DNA from: Pseudovirgaria hyperparasitica
Lineage: Eukaryota
Length of the DNA: 64,000 bases
Reading direction: 5' to 3' (one strand)
Assembly (NCBI GenBank): GCA_010093815.1
Contig: ML996575.1
The notes beneath the pieces are model-generated. The model was not told the origin of the DNA, searched no databases, and saw only the letters and a program-made list of their open reading frames with translations. This document shows positions 1 through 13,700 of the stretch, piece by piece. The translations under genes and the position numbers were made by a program. Each line of letters opens with the position of its first letter. The first letter of the stretch is position 1.

Positions 1-1564
1 CCTTCCCTACATCACGAATGGCTTCCGCTATCGTGCCAATGACATGGATGGGAAAGACCCGACAAAGGAGCCGGAATGGATGGCTGCATACGACGTGACA
101 GACATGAATGAGATGACCAAGGAACAGTATACGAGGCTTCGCCGGGAACCAATACAGACACAACGAGAGCGGGATACAATGAAGCAGATCAAGGTGGACA
201 GGAAATTTTACGATCTTGTACTTGTCCGTACATCATCAAATTTTGAAGATATAGAACAAATTGGTGCACAAACGAAGGACGTAGCGAGCGTGCTTGTTGC
301 GCGTATATTCACCCTAAAAGAAGGAGCAAAGGACAAAGAAGAAGAGTTCCTGAAGTGGTACGACGAGGAGCATTTGCCCATGCTGGAGAAGGTTCCCGGT
401 TGGCGTCGTGGACGTGTTTACAAGTCCAGCTCGATCGAGCCCGTCAATGAGGTGCAATATCTTGCTCTGCACAACTATCTACCGGAGAATGGCTTGGGAG
501 GAGAGGAATTCCAAGCCGCCATATCAACACCATGGAAGAAAGACATCGTCGCGAATGTGATTGATGACAGGTCAAGGCGTACATTTGACTTGTACTACAC
601 ATTCGGTCCAGCTCCACGAGATCTCGCAGCGCCAGCTTCCTTAGACGCGCTTGCGTCTTGGAACTACTCAGACGGCGTGACCAAAACATACAAGGAGAAA
701 GAGCGTGCAATCGTGGAGTCGTATGTCACAACTGCTGATGGTGCGGTACTTCCCTATCGTCTTGAGGGCTCTACGAACCCAGAAGCTCCTCTGATCATTC
801 TCTGCAACTCCGTGCTGGTGACATGGGGCATATGGGATGCATTCGTTGAACACTTCTTATCCGACCCCAAAAACCAACACTTCCGTATCCTGCGCTACAA
901 CTCACGTGGCCGCACCGCAAACACCGGCTCCCAGAACATCACTCTCGATGTGCTCGCAGCCGACATAATCACCATTCTCGACGCTCTGCGCGTCCCGAAA
1001 GCCGCTAGTCTTTTCGGCGTTAGCCTCGGCGGCGCAACAGTTCTCAACGCCGCTCTCAAGTATCCGTCTCGCGTTGGCTCGTTCATCTCCTGCGATACTA
1101 ACTCCAAGTCGCCCGCAGGCAACAGCACAGCTTGGGCCGAACGCATCGATATCGCAGAGAAACAGGGCATCAAAGCGCAGTCTGGCGAGCCGTTGGTCGG
1201 CTCCGAGCTCGCCGAGAAGACGGTGCGTCGCTGGTTCGTCCCCGAGTCGTATGATGGCGGCGTTAGCGAGAAAGAGATCCAGCGCGTCAAGGACATGGTA
1301 GCAAGCAACAGCCTAGATGGCTTCAAGAAGGGCGTCAGAGCACTGTTCGACTACGACGTGGAAGGTCTCATGCGATCCTCCAAGGTAAAGGGTGCATTTG
1401 TCGTCGGCGCGGGAGATGGTGTGCTGCCGAAAACGATGGCGGAGATGGCGAAGAACTACGGAGACGGTGTTCATTTGGCGGTCATCGATGGTGCGGGACA
1501 TTTGCCTATGGTTGAGAAACCGAGGGAATTTGCAGACGTGGTGGAGAGATTTATGGCTGGCTAG
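1..1564 (+). CDS. EthD-like domain(s) fused to an alpha/beta hydrolase (3-oxoadipate enol-lactonase/PcaD-like); 5' end lies outside the window
   Basis: The frame is open from base 2 (LPYITNGFRYRANDM...). EthD-like 'EEEFLKWYDEEHLPML...VPGWRRGR' motif, hydrolase nucleophile elbow 'GVSLGG' and C-terminal 'GAGHLPMVE'. Confidence 0.85.
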   Translation, partial: LPYITNGFRYRANDMDGKDPTKEPEWMAAYDVTDMNEMTKEQYTRLRREPIQTQRERDTMKQIKVDRKFYDLVLVRTSSNFEDIEQIGAQTKDVASVLVARIFTLKEGAKDKEEEFLKWYDEEHLPMLEKVPGWRRGRVYKSSSIEPVNEVQYLALHNYLPENGLGGEEFQAAISTPWKKDIVANVIDDRSRRTFDLYYTFGPAPRDLAAPASLDALASWNYSDGVTKTYKEKERAIVESYVTTADGAVLPYRLEGSTNPEAPLIILCNSVLVTWGIWDAFVEHFLSDPKNQHFRILRYNSRGRTANTGSQNITLDVLAADIITILDALRVPKAASLFGVSLGGATVLNAALKYPSRVGSFISCDTNSKSPAGNSTAWAERIDIAEKQGIKAQSGEPLVGSELAEKTVRRWFVPESYDGGVSEKEIQRVKDMVASNSLDGFKKGVRALFDYDVEGLMRSSKVKGAFVVGAGDGVLPKTMAEMAKNYGDGVHLAVIDGAGHLPMVEKPREFADVVERFMAG

Positions 1565-4510
1565 GATGTGCGCAGGACTCGGAGTTAAAGCGAGCGCACA
1601 TGTGTATGTATGTACGCTATACGCAATACACTTCTATCACGTAATCACTGGGTGTTTGCATCATAATCAAACACTCCCAAAACGTCAGCAAAGCTTCCCT
1701 GAATGGTTCCATTAGCACTAGACTTCTTCCAGTCACTTGCACTGTCTCATAGACGCCGTTCTGACCTAGTTATATGTATCATGATACAGCAGTCACGCAG
1801 TGGAAGTATATAAAGATAGATACCAAGGACGCTTATCTGGTGTTGTTGTGGTGTACAAGCTCCATTTGCTGCTGCTTATCATCATTATTATTATTAGCAT
1901 CAGGCATCACAGGCACGTACGGCAGAACTGCATCTTCCCCCCCGCCCAACTAACAGCTCGTGATGATAGTGCGGCGCGTTCGTGCGATTATGGGAGATGG
2001 TATGTCGTTATCGAAAGACGCTGATAGTAAGGACTAGTTGAGGTACGATGTGCTGGCCATACGCTTCGGCATCTCGTGCTGCTATTCACCGTCACTGCAC
2101 TTAAGGCTGGTAAATATCTGCTCTGACCTGAAGTCGAAGATAGGGCAGGGGTAGTGGTATAGCATATGTACAATATATCACGAGTGCTAGGTGGTTACAG
2201 AGAGTTTTAGCGTGTGTGGATAGGTAATAAGCGTTGAAGAGTAAGATGTGGTTTCAGTTGGGAAGGAGTTGAGAGTTCTGCATACGTACTTTTTCGAGTG
2301 CAAACCGGGTGGCTTATGCTCGTCGAACAGTGTCGACTCATACGTATGCAGTGTCGACTCAGCATGTAATAGCTTGAGAAGGCGTAGAGGATAGGAGTAA
2401 GAGTGACAGTGACGATGCTGCTCTTAATTCCTCCTGAGAACGTACCCAGCAGTTTGGAGTCGCAAGTACGTGCATATATATGCTAAAGCCTTTCGCCCCG
2501 AAGTTACATTCAAGTATAGCTGCCTCTGACTTCCCTTACATCAGTCCATGTACAGAGAAATGTCTCTCATACCAGTACACATATCAGTACATAGAAGTGC
2601 TTAGTCCATGTCCCGGACTTGCATCCGCTCTCATACCGTACACAATCATCTCTTCTCTGTACATGCGTGCCCTTCTTTCTCTCGTTGTGCTTCAAATGCT
2701 GCATACTAGCATTGTTTCTTCGATACTGCGGATCATCGTGTCTGCGTGGTAATGCTTGGTATCAGCGTTCTTACGTATTTACATACTCGGTGTGTTTCCG
2801 GCGTCTTTGGGCCAGAATAAAGGGCCGCGGACGGAGGAGCACATAGCCCGAGAGGTCAAAGTCTACTCGATGCTGTGCGCCATGAAAGGTTTGTCCAGGT
2901 TAGCTGGTGGAACTGGCTGATGGAGCTGGCTGATGAGAAGGAGGAGGATTGGGTTGTGATGGCAGAGTTTTATAAACATCCAGGGTAGTGGGGGCTGGAT
3001 GCCGGGTACTTGTGCGTGGCGGGTAGGGTGATTGGAAGAGTAGGTCTGTGCTATGTGAGCCAGTGTCGGTCTTGCTGGATATGAAAGTTTTGTGAAAGAG
3101 AAGCTATCTGCCGGGTTTGTTGAGCGGCGACTTGATACCAGACTTTCTTTGACTGTGTACTGTCTACTGCGTATATAGGGTTGGTCTTCTGAGCGTATTC
3201 CACACTCTCTCTGGGACAAAAAGGTCGCCTCCATCAAAGTATACAAACCCGTGGCAGGAAATGCGGATTAACACTCGACCAACTTTAACCAGATGCGGTG
3301 TGCTTGAATTGTGCCACGCAGGACACTACGTGTTCATTCAGTGCTGGAATCAAGGAATGTGGACCATGCTGGTATGTTCTGCGCTGCTGATGATTTTCAT
3401 TGGTGTTTCATTTAGATAGTGCCACACATTGTTGCTCGACGTTACTAATGATGATGATTGCTTTTTCGCGCATGTGATTTGTTAAATTCTTCTGTCATAT
3501 CTAACAGAGGTTGTTTCCCTCGGTGTGCCCTTGCGTAAGACTTCATGGCTAGATATTGTGCTTCTGCTTAGGTTGAGGTCTGAGGGTGTGGTATGTGACT
3601 CACACATGTGTACAGTTTCTGGTCAGGATTAAGATTATCTTATAGGGGTGTGTTTGGGAGGATCCTGGTAGAGCTATGAAATCATTTAAGATGGCGCGCA
3701 TTACTGTCCTTTATTATATGAGTGATTTTCAGACTAAAGACAGAGTCCTTCATAAGAGCAGGTTTGCAGGTTGATACCCCTCCTGGTATCATCAGTGTAC
3801 CAGTTCAGACACTTTTCGAACCATAGATGAGATGTTTATGATGGGCGCTAAGACTTATACACAGACACAGGCACAGTTGCGAGGGCTTTATTGGGATATC
3901 AAGCCACATATGATAGAACGTGACTATGTTGATTATATGTAGAAATCATTGATCACATACGCATGTCTGTCGAGGTGACTCGTGTTGCTGCATCTTCAAT
4001 ACCAAGCAGCAGATACAGACCCAGATATACTGAGTCGCATTAGCAATGTGATAGCTTGCAATACCGCTGTGTCGCGGATATGCCACTACGTGGTACACAA
4101 TATACCTAATGTCTTCTGGCTTGATGGACTATGTGATTAATTCACTAGACTGCATGTCAAGCAGCTCAATTGCTAAAAGTCGTTCTCGTCGTCTTACTTA
4201 GGGGACCGTAATATTTCATTATATCGAATAAAGACAAACGGCGGGTATAATTCATCTATATTCTTAGGGGATCATACTCTTTCGAGGACGTGAATACATG
4301 ATGTCGAAGTAGAATTCAGCCCTAGCTCTTCTACCGGCAGGTATAGACCACTATGGATGTGGGCTGATGGAATTTGTGCAGTCCTACTGGACCCGAGAGA
4401 TAGTTGGGTGTACTATTTCTTATATGTATGGGGTAAAAGTTTAGATTCTAGTAACCAAAACGAGCTAAGATGTAATATATAGAATGCTTCTTCTCTATTG
4501 TATCGTGTCT

Positions 4511-5652
4511 TCATTCTTCTTCATATGGCGGGGGCTCTGCATCCCAAGATTCCCCTTGTACAGGATTTTCTTGGGTTTTAATAAGAACACCGTGTCGAAC
4601 ATATCCATCATTGCCCCGATCATCAAGCATTATCCCGAATTCTCTTGTCATCACAAGCATGGCAAGGTATACTATATATCCTTCGTTAATGCCTATTTAG
4701 AGTTATAGAAATAAGATAAGTATTTATTACTAACCATAGTTTTGTACATTTCTTAATGCAAAGGTTGTTTCCAACTGTACACATTGGGACCATGTAAGGT
4801 CTTGGGAATCTCGAAACACTAATATATATATTAGTATAGGTATAACCCTACTTTAGGTATATCGGACGTACTATAGAACCCCGACGTAAGTAGAAGTTGA
4901 TAGAGTATTGTTAGACTCATAATAGTATTTGGTCCTAGGCTTGAAGGATTTGAAAGCGCATGATCTAAATACTCTCCATCGTAAAAATCGAGTAAAGTCG
5001 ATTTAGGGAGGTTAGAGAGCCTGTCGCAGATAGTGATGGTGTAATGCCTCTGATCCCGACTCCTGTATGTGATAGCGCGCATTTCACTTGACTCCTCCGG
5101 GTATACATGTCTACACTTCGGTTCTTCCGTCTCCATGAACAGGTACTCTTTATAGTACTGATTCCCGTAGGTGTACTGACTCGTGTAGGTGAACATGGGA
5201 GTCTCATCTTTCCATCTGCTTGTATTTGGTCTTCCGTCCATTCTTGGTGGATAATCAGGCACTAATTTCCAGCGCATATCGCGGTCGCAGTAGATACGGG
5301 TTATCGGTGGCTCTAGAGGTGGTGGCCCGGAGTCATCAGGTTGCTCGATTGCGATGTCTTTCATCTCTCCTAAGCGACGCATTATCTTTAACACATGCTG
5401 AAAGGTGCCCTCCGTTGGGTCCGTGATTTTAAAAAGATGAAACATAAGCTTTCTAATATTTTCATCGTTCTGGAATACCTTCATATGAGACCAAGTTAGC
5501 TGTGCTATGTATATTGCTTCCTCAACGGCCGTTTGGACACCTGGCGTGTTGTGGGCAAGACATGAGGAATCAAGATAATAATATGGTAGAGCTGTAACTA
5601 AAGGTAGATGAAGAAGATAAGTAAAGAGAGTAAATAGTACTATAGAAACCAT
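4511..5652 (-). CDS. Secreted protein of zincin/M35 (deuterolysin-like) character with degenerate catalytic motifs; 3 exons
   Basis: ATG at 5652 gives a signal peptide (MVSIVLFTLFTYLLHLPLVTA). The ORF carries 'TITICD' and 'SLTILYQLLL' at the HExxH position. Downstream exons read manually give ...ALRNVQNY|VYLAML...PPPYEEE* with the stop at 4511. Confidence 0.6.
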
Positions 5653-6299
5653 CGTGTAGTACAATGAATGTTGCGAAGAGATTTGGAGAAATCATTAATA
5701 GTTTATATTATAGTAAAAATTCAAATATTATAATTATATTCAGAGACACGAGTGAGCGATTTTTCTATCTCTCTAGACCAGTAAGACTTAGAAGTAGACA
5801 TTCTGAGTTATAGCATGTCCTATAAATAGTAGTCTGAATATAAGCCTCCGCGTTTCATTTTTTAGTGTATATTCTAGGAATATCCCTGTAGATGAGTCTT
5901 CGCTGGATCGCACGCGTCACGGGTAAGTACCACTAATAGCTAAGCTTTGGATTCCACTATAAGAATCGGCATATATAGTCACGTCTAGATTAGAGGGATA
6001 TATGATATTCTAGTTACACTATTGACCAGGGTCTACTTATACCGTTCTAGACATCAACTCCGGTGTATACCACAAGAGCCTGGAAGAGCGCACGGGCGCA
6101 AAATTCATACTGAATGGCGGGTATTGTGACACCGTATTTACTCTGCCAAGCTTATGATGTTCTCTTATCGGCACTCGTTCAATTTATAATCACACATGCG
6201 ATCACTTCGTCAATGAGATGAGTAGACAATAATTCCTGAATCATTTCCGTCATCGGACCATCCTTATGTATAAGAGCAATCGAGGTTATCTACAGTGGT

Positions 6300-7851
6300 T
6301 CAATGTCGTCTCGTCCTGATGTGTCCGATCCAATCACTCTGCAAGGTCCGATACATCCACTGTGCAAATCTGACGGCTGGCTCATCGATGAACTTTGTTC
6401 CCAGCTCCGCAGCCCACAGAGTTGACGGCAATAGTATGACTTGGCACGCCAGGAAGTTGATCTCCAACCCCAGAGGCCCTGCGTTTGACAGTGGATATCG
6501 GTTGTACCAGCCTGGAAATTCGACATCATCTTGCCCGGCCTTGCCAAAACCCGTCGCGACATAAAGGCGCATGGCGATCGTCGTCAAGATGGCACCGTGT
6601 AGGAGATAGAGGGCATACGATATTCGACCAAGATACTGGCAGAAGTTTGATTCGAAGAACGATTTGAGGACGCTTATGCGCGGAATGCACATCACGATTA
6701 ACGTCGATGCGAAAAAGAGCGGCCACCTATTCTCATCAGTGTCACCCATTCACAAGCAGATAACATACTTAGACTCACCACTTTGCATCGCTCATCGCTG
6801 CTGGCCTGGTGTCAATAACCCAGCTCCACCCGGGACTCTTATTCCAGTAGAACATGTCAAAGGAGTTGCTCGGCGCGCCTGCAAGCAACAACCCAAGCAC
6901 AAACAATGTGCAAAACAACTTCTTCTTGTGTTTTCCCAATTTCCTAAACATCGGTGGCAAGTCGTCCGCCGCAGCATGCAGATCCATCTCTGCCAACGCC
7001 ATACCCGCGACAAAATACGCATTGCTCCACCCATCTACCATCCACAGAAAGTAGCATATCATTGCCGCATATACGCACCAACGACTCGAGCGCGTAAAGT
7101 TGCTCGTACTTAGCGCGAGGATATACACCACTATAGACCCCTTAAGCTCAATCGGAATGCTCCACGTATGCATATTGTACGTGAGCCACGGCGGATCCGC
7201 AGTGCGCCATAGATAACTCCACTGTCTAAAGTCCGTCCAGAAGTCCCTGACTTGACCCCAATACGAGTCCACGTTCTTCGCCATGACACCCTTGACGCCC
7301 GTGACATGGAGGCCAGTGAAATAGACCACCGTCGTGCCCACAATCGGCAGATAGAGTCGCAGCCAGCGCCGAAACAACGCACTAGCCAGATTGTCGCCCA
7401 GACGCTCTTTTTCACCGCTGAGAATATATGTAAGCGGCTTCTGTGTCAACACGTACCCCGAAATCACATAGAAGCACGCCACTGCAACATGCCCACCACA
7501 GAAGAGGATTCTGACGATGGGTAGAATCGCGAAGTAGTGATTGTCGTCGTACCCCCACGCATTTTCGAATACGGCAGCTAGATTCTTGACACTGTCGTCG
7601 TGGTGCGCCCATAGCTCATGGTGCTGGATATAGACGAGCAAGGCGGCGAAGCCGCGCAGACCGTCGAGGTATGCGGTTGGGCGCAGGGTGGAAGGGCGAT
7701 AGAGGTGTGAGGACAGGAAAGAGGGTCTGGCAGCGCGGAGAATGGATGATAGTCCTGTGACAATCCGGAGTGTGATGCTGGCCGAAGAGGGCGCGTTGCT
7801 GTGGAAGATGGACTCCTGAGAGAGAGGGTTATGTTTTTCTTCATCGTCCAT
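6300..7851 (-). CDS. Acyltransferase-3 family membrane O-acyltransferase (hard-surface-induced protein 3-like); 1 intron
   Basis: 'TAYLDGLRGFAALLV', 'FRRWLRLYLP', 'HTWSIPIELKGS' and 'YLGRISYALYLLHG'. ORFs 6775-7851 and 6300-6749 are joined by a gtgagt...ag intron near 6727-6778. Confidence 0.9.
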
Positions 7852-8709
7852 GGCGCGAAAGCTTGTTAGGGGAAAAGGACTGAGGATCCAAGTCTCTCAT
7901 ACAGACGAGCATGTAGCCAGGGTGGCATTGCATTTTTGATTTCCGATCGAAGTTTAAGCCCTGGTATGAGGCCGAGGAAAGAAGATTAGCACTATTGAGA
8001 CTAATACGGTCCGGCTATGATGAACACGGATCTGGCCCTTGCCATCCTGGTATCAAACACAGGGATACCAACTCTGCTAGATATATAGTGTGGGGAACCA
8101 TATGGGGTAGTCAGTCTGAACAAAGTTAGTGTGCGGGTAACCTGAGGGTGTGGAGAATCGAGACCTGCAGCTATAGACTTGACGCTACTGGGGTAGCCAG
8201 TGAGAAGTATGTTTGGCGTCTTAGTGTGCTCAGTTGGACGCCACGATGTCTCACATGCAACGCGCGATCCGCGTCGTGTGCACGCCCTGTAGATCACTGA
8301 GGTGCATGTGCTTCGGAGTCGATCATGGGAAATATCCAATTCTCTACGTGATGCACAAATTCACATAGGCTTAATTCATATGAGAAAGTCATACCGATCT
8401 CGGGTGGTCTGCAGGCTGTATTTGTGCGATGATTCACCAGAGTAAAGAACCTACTATTGGGTCTGGAGGCCAAGTAGTCAATAGACGTCTCACTACCCAT
8501 GTGGTCCTTCTCCAGCCTGCCCAGCTAGCTCTCTCCCCAGCATCCCATGGGGTCATATCTCATATCTCAAGATGTATTTTGGCCAATGTAAAACGTTCCA
8601 GCAGCGCACGCAGACTGCATTTGATCCACCAGGCACATGTTTTGCTACACTCTTCTGTTAACCTCTTTGCATAAGTCACTCCTTCCTGCTGTCCTTGCAA
8701 TTCCGGCCA

Positions 8710-10165
8710 TCAATGTCCTGTCCGACGGCGTTGAAAGCCAATGATGAATATCTCACCAGTTGCATCGCTCGACATAAACAGTCGTCCAAGCGTCGTCCAA
8801 GCGAGCCCAGTGGGCCGAAAGCAATTGTCTGGGCACTTGCTGTTATCTTTGTTGGTCATGATCTTGACTTCTGCGGTAGTGCTCATGGACTCTGCGCGAG
8901 GCTGCCCATGGTGAAAATCAACGGAGCTGAGACGGTAGCCATCAGGATCATCACGGTTCCTATCAGTAATCAACACAGGCATGTAGATAACAGCAACGGC
9001 ACCTACCAGCTACCGTGAAACGTGATGTATGCTACTCGACCGAGGATTCCAAATTTGATGTCGAGTGGCGCTGTGTGCGGAGTGAATGATAGTCGTGGGG
9101 GTAGATGCTGTGTTCGACACATCTCATCCGTCAGGGTGCTGTTTGGTGTGCCTCGTACGAACTGTTGCCCCGTTTGGATGTTCGGAATGCTGCTTAGATT
9201 TGTGGTATCCCATGCGGTGACACAGAGAGGATATCCAAAACTTGCGCCGTGCTCGACGCCTTTTCTAGAAAGGTCTCCGTGAAAGTTTAGCTCCTCTGCG
9301 GGATTCGTGTTGTGCATGTCGACGTTGTCTCTGGTGAGCTCGTCGGATGAGTTTTCCACGGACCACTGTACTGTACTCAGCTAATGCTATGCTTATTGGT
9401 TAATTTGGTCACATGGACTTACGATATTACCGGTAGTGGGATCCTCACCGACACCGACGCTGTTTCGCAAGCCATATCCTAAGACTTCGGCAGTGTTGTA
9501 CTCGATTGGATGCTTGGCGACTTCGGTGACATTGAAAATCCTGATTTGAGCGCGACCCGAAGCGATATCAGCTGAACCATCATCAATGTTATTGACGGAG
9601 CCTCGTGACACGAGTAATAGCTCCGGATGTTTCTTCAACAGTAGCAAAGTACGTGTTTGGTGAGTACCCTCTTGAGTCATTCCAGTAATCAAGGTCTTGC
9701 GGGTTCCGACTGTGACTTTTTTTGCGTCGTAAGGGTAGCTGAAGACACTGTCTTTGTTTGAAACGTATAGTGTTTTGCCATCAGATGAAAGAGCGATACC
9801 ATGGTTGAGCTGTGGCCCAGTGAATCAGAAGGCATTGATACAACGAGAACGATATGTCTTACCGTTGGGTCCGGAATCAGCTGCTTGTTGCCTTGCACGC
9901 AGACATCGGTATCCAGGTGGTCTGCGAGCTTTACATGCCTAATTCCACCAACGACATCGTCTCTCTCTGAAAATATGAGATTTCCCTCAGTGTCCACCAC
10001 CATGTGTCGCGGTGATTTGAGGCCATTCACGACAACGCGCGACTCGTACCCGGGGCTCATCACCACAGGAAATTTCGGATGAATAATATCGCATGTGGCG
10101 CCGTAAGCCTGTTGTGTGAGGCTTGCGATTGCGAAAGCATATCCGAAGCTTAATGTACTCCACAT
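8710..10165 (-). CDS. Secreted PQQ-dependent sugar/sorbosone dehydrogenase (CAZy AA12-like beta-propeller); multi-exon
   Basis: Signal peptide; 'HQTRTLL', 'GYGLRNSVGVGEDP', 'NPAEELNFHG', 'HTAPLDIKF', 'FHGSW' and 'CFRPTGLAW' distributed over exons separated by GT-AG introns. Confidence 0.88.
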
Positions 10166-10375
10166 GATGCCTTTGGATGTAGAGCAGAATGATATGCTCT
10201 GTTACAGTGTGGAAGATGCCCGTGAGCTGAACAACACTTGAAATATTTGTGCGGCTTGAATTACCGGGCATCTATCAGCCCTGGAGAATGAGAAAGAAGC
10301 CTAATGCCAAGTTTAGTCTCATGGCGGACAACAAAGAGATATAAGACATTGCGACCCACCAGATGTTGTGCTAAG

Positions 10376-10436
10376 CCATGAACAGGCGCCATGAACAGGC
10401 GCCATGAACAGGCACCATGAACAGGCACCATGAACC
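10376..10436. repeat. 13-bp tandem repeat (CCATGAACAGGCR), about 4.7 copies
   Basis: Directly visible upstream of the AA12-like gene. Confidence 0.85.
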
Positions 10437-10544
10437 CTTGCTTTGTTCGATGCGTAGATGTTACGATCAAACGACGATTGGGCGAGTTTCTGAGGAGATC
10501 AAGAATGCCAACTGCTGGTTGCCCATGATGTTTGATGTTCCGGT

Positions 10545-10703
10545 TATTATAAGTAGAAAGTAGACGTGATTGAGGTCATTGAATGTATTCTATAATTATG
10601 TATATAGCTAAGTTCTAGGGACAGAGTCGAAGCTATTTAACCGTTTAGACACTAGTCCCATTTAGGAAATAGTATCCCTTACTTAAAGTGCCTTCCGATA
10701 ATA
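10545..10703 (-). repeat. 3' LTR of Copia element A
   Basis: Direct repeat of 31011-31169, differing by transitions; followed by CTCCCCT (PPT on the minus strand). Confidence 0.92.
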
Positions 10704-13700
10704 CTCCCCTATACTAAGTATATATATATACTTAGTAATAATTAAATAAAGAAAAGCTTAAAAGAGTAATAGTAAGAGATAGTACTAAGAAGAATAAAGG
10801 AGAGATATAACTGCGAGAGAAACGACTCTACTATAAACTAATTATCGTCTTTATTTAATCTAGTAGTAGTAAGGGTAGTCCTTTTATTCCTATATTAGTA
10901 ACATTATTATAACTTATAATATACTATATAGATATAACTCTATTAGTAAATAATTTACGGACTACGTAATAATATATAGCTATATATTTAGACTATACCG
11001 TGATTTATTAGTTTTAGATAAGTACTATAGTAGCTTAATTATCTATAAGAAGATAAGGAACTAGAATATTATAACTTATAAAGATCTCTTTTATACCTAG
11101 TAGGGCCCACTATAAGTAACTTATAGCCTTTAAATAGGCTATATACTCTACTTCGTATATCGACTTAGTAATATATAATTACCTCTTACTATTCTAGGTA
11201 ACTAAGCTTCTATTTAATTAAAGGATATATATGGAGATAGACTTAGCGGTATTAGAATCTAAACTCTAAGAAGTATCTAAGAACATATTAATTTCTATTA
11301 CGCCTTTAGATTTCTTTAGTATAAGGTATTAGTTAATAGTATACTTAATATATTATAATATACTAAAGGCTATTTAAGTATATTACTCCGACGGATTCGT
11401 ATTAAAAGTAGTATATATTCCGACTATAAAGGTAAGATCTAGACGCGTACTAGTAACGAGATAATTAAGTAACCTAATTAGTTATATATATATAAGCTAG
11501 CGTTCTTAATTAATGATTTCTTCTAATCTTATTAGAAAGGTATTTATATCGACTAGAGTCTTTCTACTATTATAATCTATTATACTAAACCTTTTTAGAA
11601 TACGTTAAGAGTAAGCCTTTTAAGAAAGCTTAATTTAGCTTTCTCGAGATTAATTAATCTTAATACCTAATATTAAGCGCGCTTCTCTAAGATCTTTATA
11701 TTTTATACGTTCTATAACCTATTACTTAAAGTATTAAATATAAGGTTTCTCCTCTATAAGTAGTAGGTTATTAATATAGATAGTAATAATAATATATCTA
11801 ATAAAGACATATAGATTAAACTACGACTATTAGAATTTAAGAGATTAAAGGAGGTTACGTAAGGTATAAAACCATTTCTAACTAGATTATTTTAATCTAT
11901 AAATTACCTTTTAGAGCTTAAGAATCTTACCTAGTTTTTTAAAGCCTAGCGGGTATCGTATATAGATATTTTCGGATAGACTACTATTTAGATAGATAGT
12001 ATTAAAATCGATCTAGTAAATATACTTATCGAATTATATAGCCTATTAGAGTATAATACGAAGAGAATTATATTTAATAATAGGTGTAAAAGTTTTATTA
12101 TAATTAAGACCGTATTTCTACGTGAAGCCCTATATAACGAGACATGCCTTATAAACTTTAGTATTATCCGTAGTAGTCTTAATATTAAACACCTATCTAG
12201 AGCTAACTATTATAGGGACATTCGTAGTAAGTAGAGCTTCCTACTATAATTAATTAATCTTATAACTTCTTAGCTCCTTTTTAATAGCTATTTACTACTA
12301 ATACTAATTAGAAGAATTCCTAGCCTCTTTTAGGTTTAAAGGAACGTCTATATTTAAGGTAGTATTAACTAATAGAGTATAGATTATTTCCTTCTCTTCC
12401 GTATCTACTAAATTTATAGAGTTATTAAAATAAATTATACGCTTACGTTTCCTCCTAAAATAAGATATATTAGAAGGTAATCTTAATAGATATAGACTTT
12501 CGTGTAGTAGGTTATAGCTAGAGAAAGATTTAAATTTTAGTTAATTTACCCTAGGTGTAGTAGAAGGCGTCCTACTATAAGAAAGGGTAGATAATCTCCG
12601 TTAGGGTATCTTAGTAAGACTCGTCGTATCTTCTATATAGGGCTAGAGGTCCTATATATTTTAGATTACGACTAGTATATCGCGAGATACTTCTCTATTA
12701 TCCGACTCTTCTTCGGAGCTATCTCTTTCTATAATAATTAAGGAAAGAGATTACTACGGAAGTAGTCTCGGATTAAAGGGTACGAAAGTAATATCTTATA
12801 ACTCGATAATAACCTTATGGTTAGGAATATAGTACTTATAGATTTTATCTAATTTACTATAGCTAACTAGAATACCTTTCTCTAATCTATAGAGGAGCTT
12901 ACTACCTAGCTTTCGTGCTTCTTTCGGAATATATATATAGTAGATAACTCTAAATAGATATAAGTTTTAGATAGAAGGCTTCTTACCAAAGAGAGTATAA
13001 TATAGTATATCGACTATTAGGAGAGAGGCATATAGCACGATATTCTTAATAAACGTTATTATATAAATTACTTTAGCCTAGAATTTTAACTTAGTATTAG
13101 AAGAGAGAATGGATCTTACTAATATTTAAACTATACGGTTAAACCTTTCGACTATACCGTTCGACTCGTAAGAGTAGATAGGAGAGGTAATATATATAGT
13201 GCCCGTTTTACGAAAGAAGTCTTAAAGACTTTTAGTAATATATTTACCGCCTTAGTTAGATACGAATTCTTTAATATCTATATCGAACTACTTCTTAATA
13301 TATATAAAGAATTATATAATAACTTTAGGAGCTTCGGACTTATACTTTATAAAATAGACCCATGTAAAATAAGTTAATTCTTTAATAAAGGAGATATAGT
13401 ACTATAACCTATTTAGAGACTTATATGGTATTTTACTAGAGAGGTCGCTATAAACTCTACTAAACCATATCTTACATTACCTATTCGAGCTTAAAGGCTT
13501 CTTATACGTGGATTTAGATATACTATAACTCTTATAGTAGAAGTTACTTAGCCGCTTAGGGATTATATTAAAATCTTTATAAAGTCTTTTAGAATTTATA
13601 ACGTAATAATAACCTATAGTATAATAGAATTCTTTATATAATGCAAAGTATACTATAGTATATAATAGAAGCGGAGAAGATATATGGCGTAGGTAAATCT

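Noticed and set aside
2328..2362. Short duplication of CAGTGTCGACTCA
   Set aside because: Only two copies, consistent with an ordinary local duplication.
1800..3246. ORF-track hits between the hydrolase and the secreted gene, and antisense ORFs overlapping real genes elsewhere
   Set aside because: No motifs or splice logic, and many use non-ATG starts; treated as spurious.
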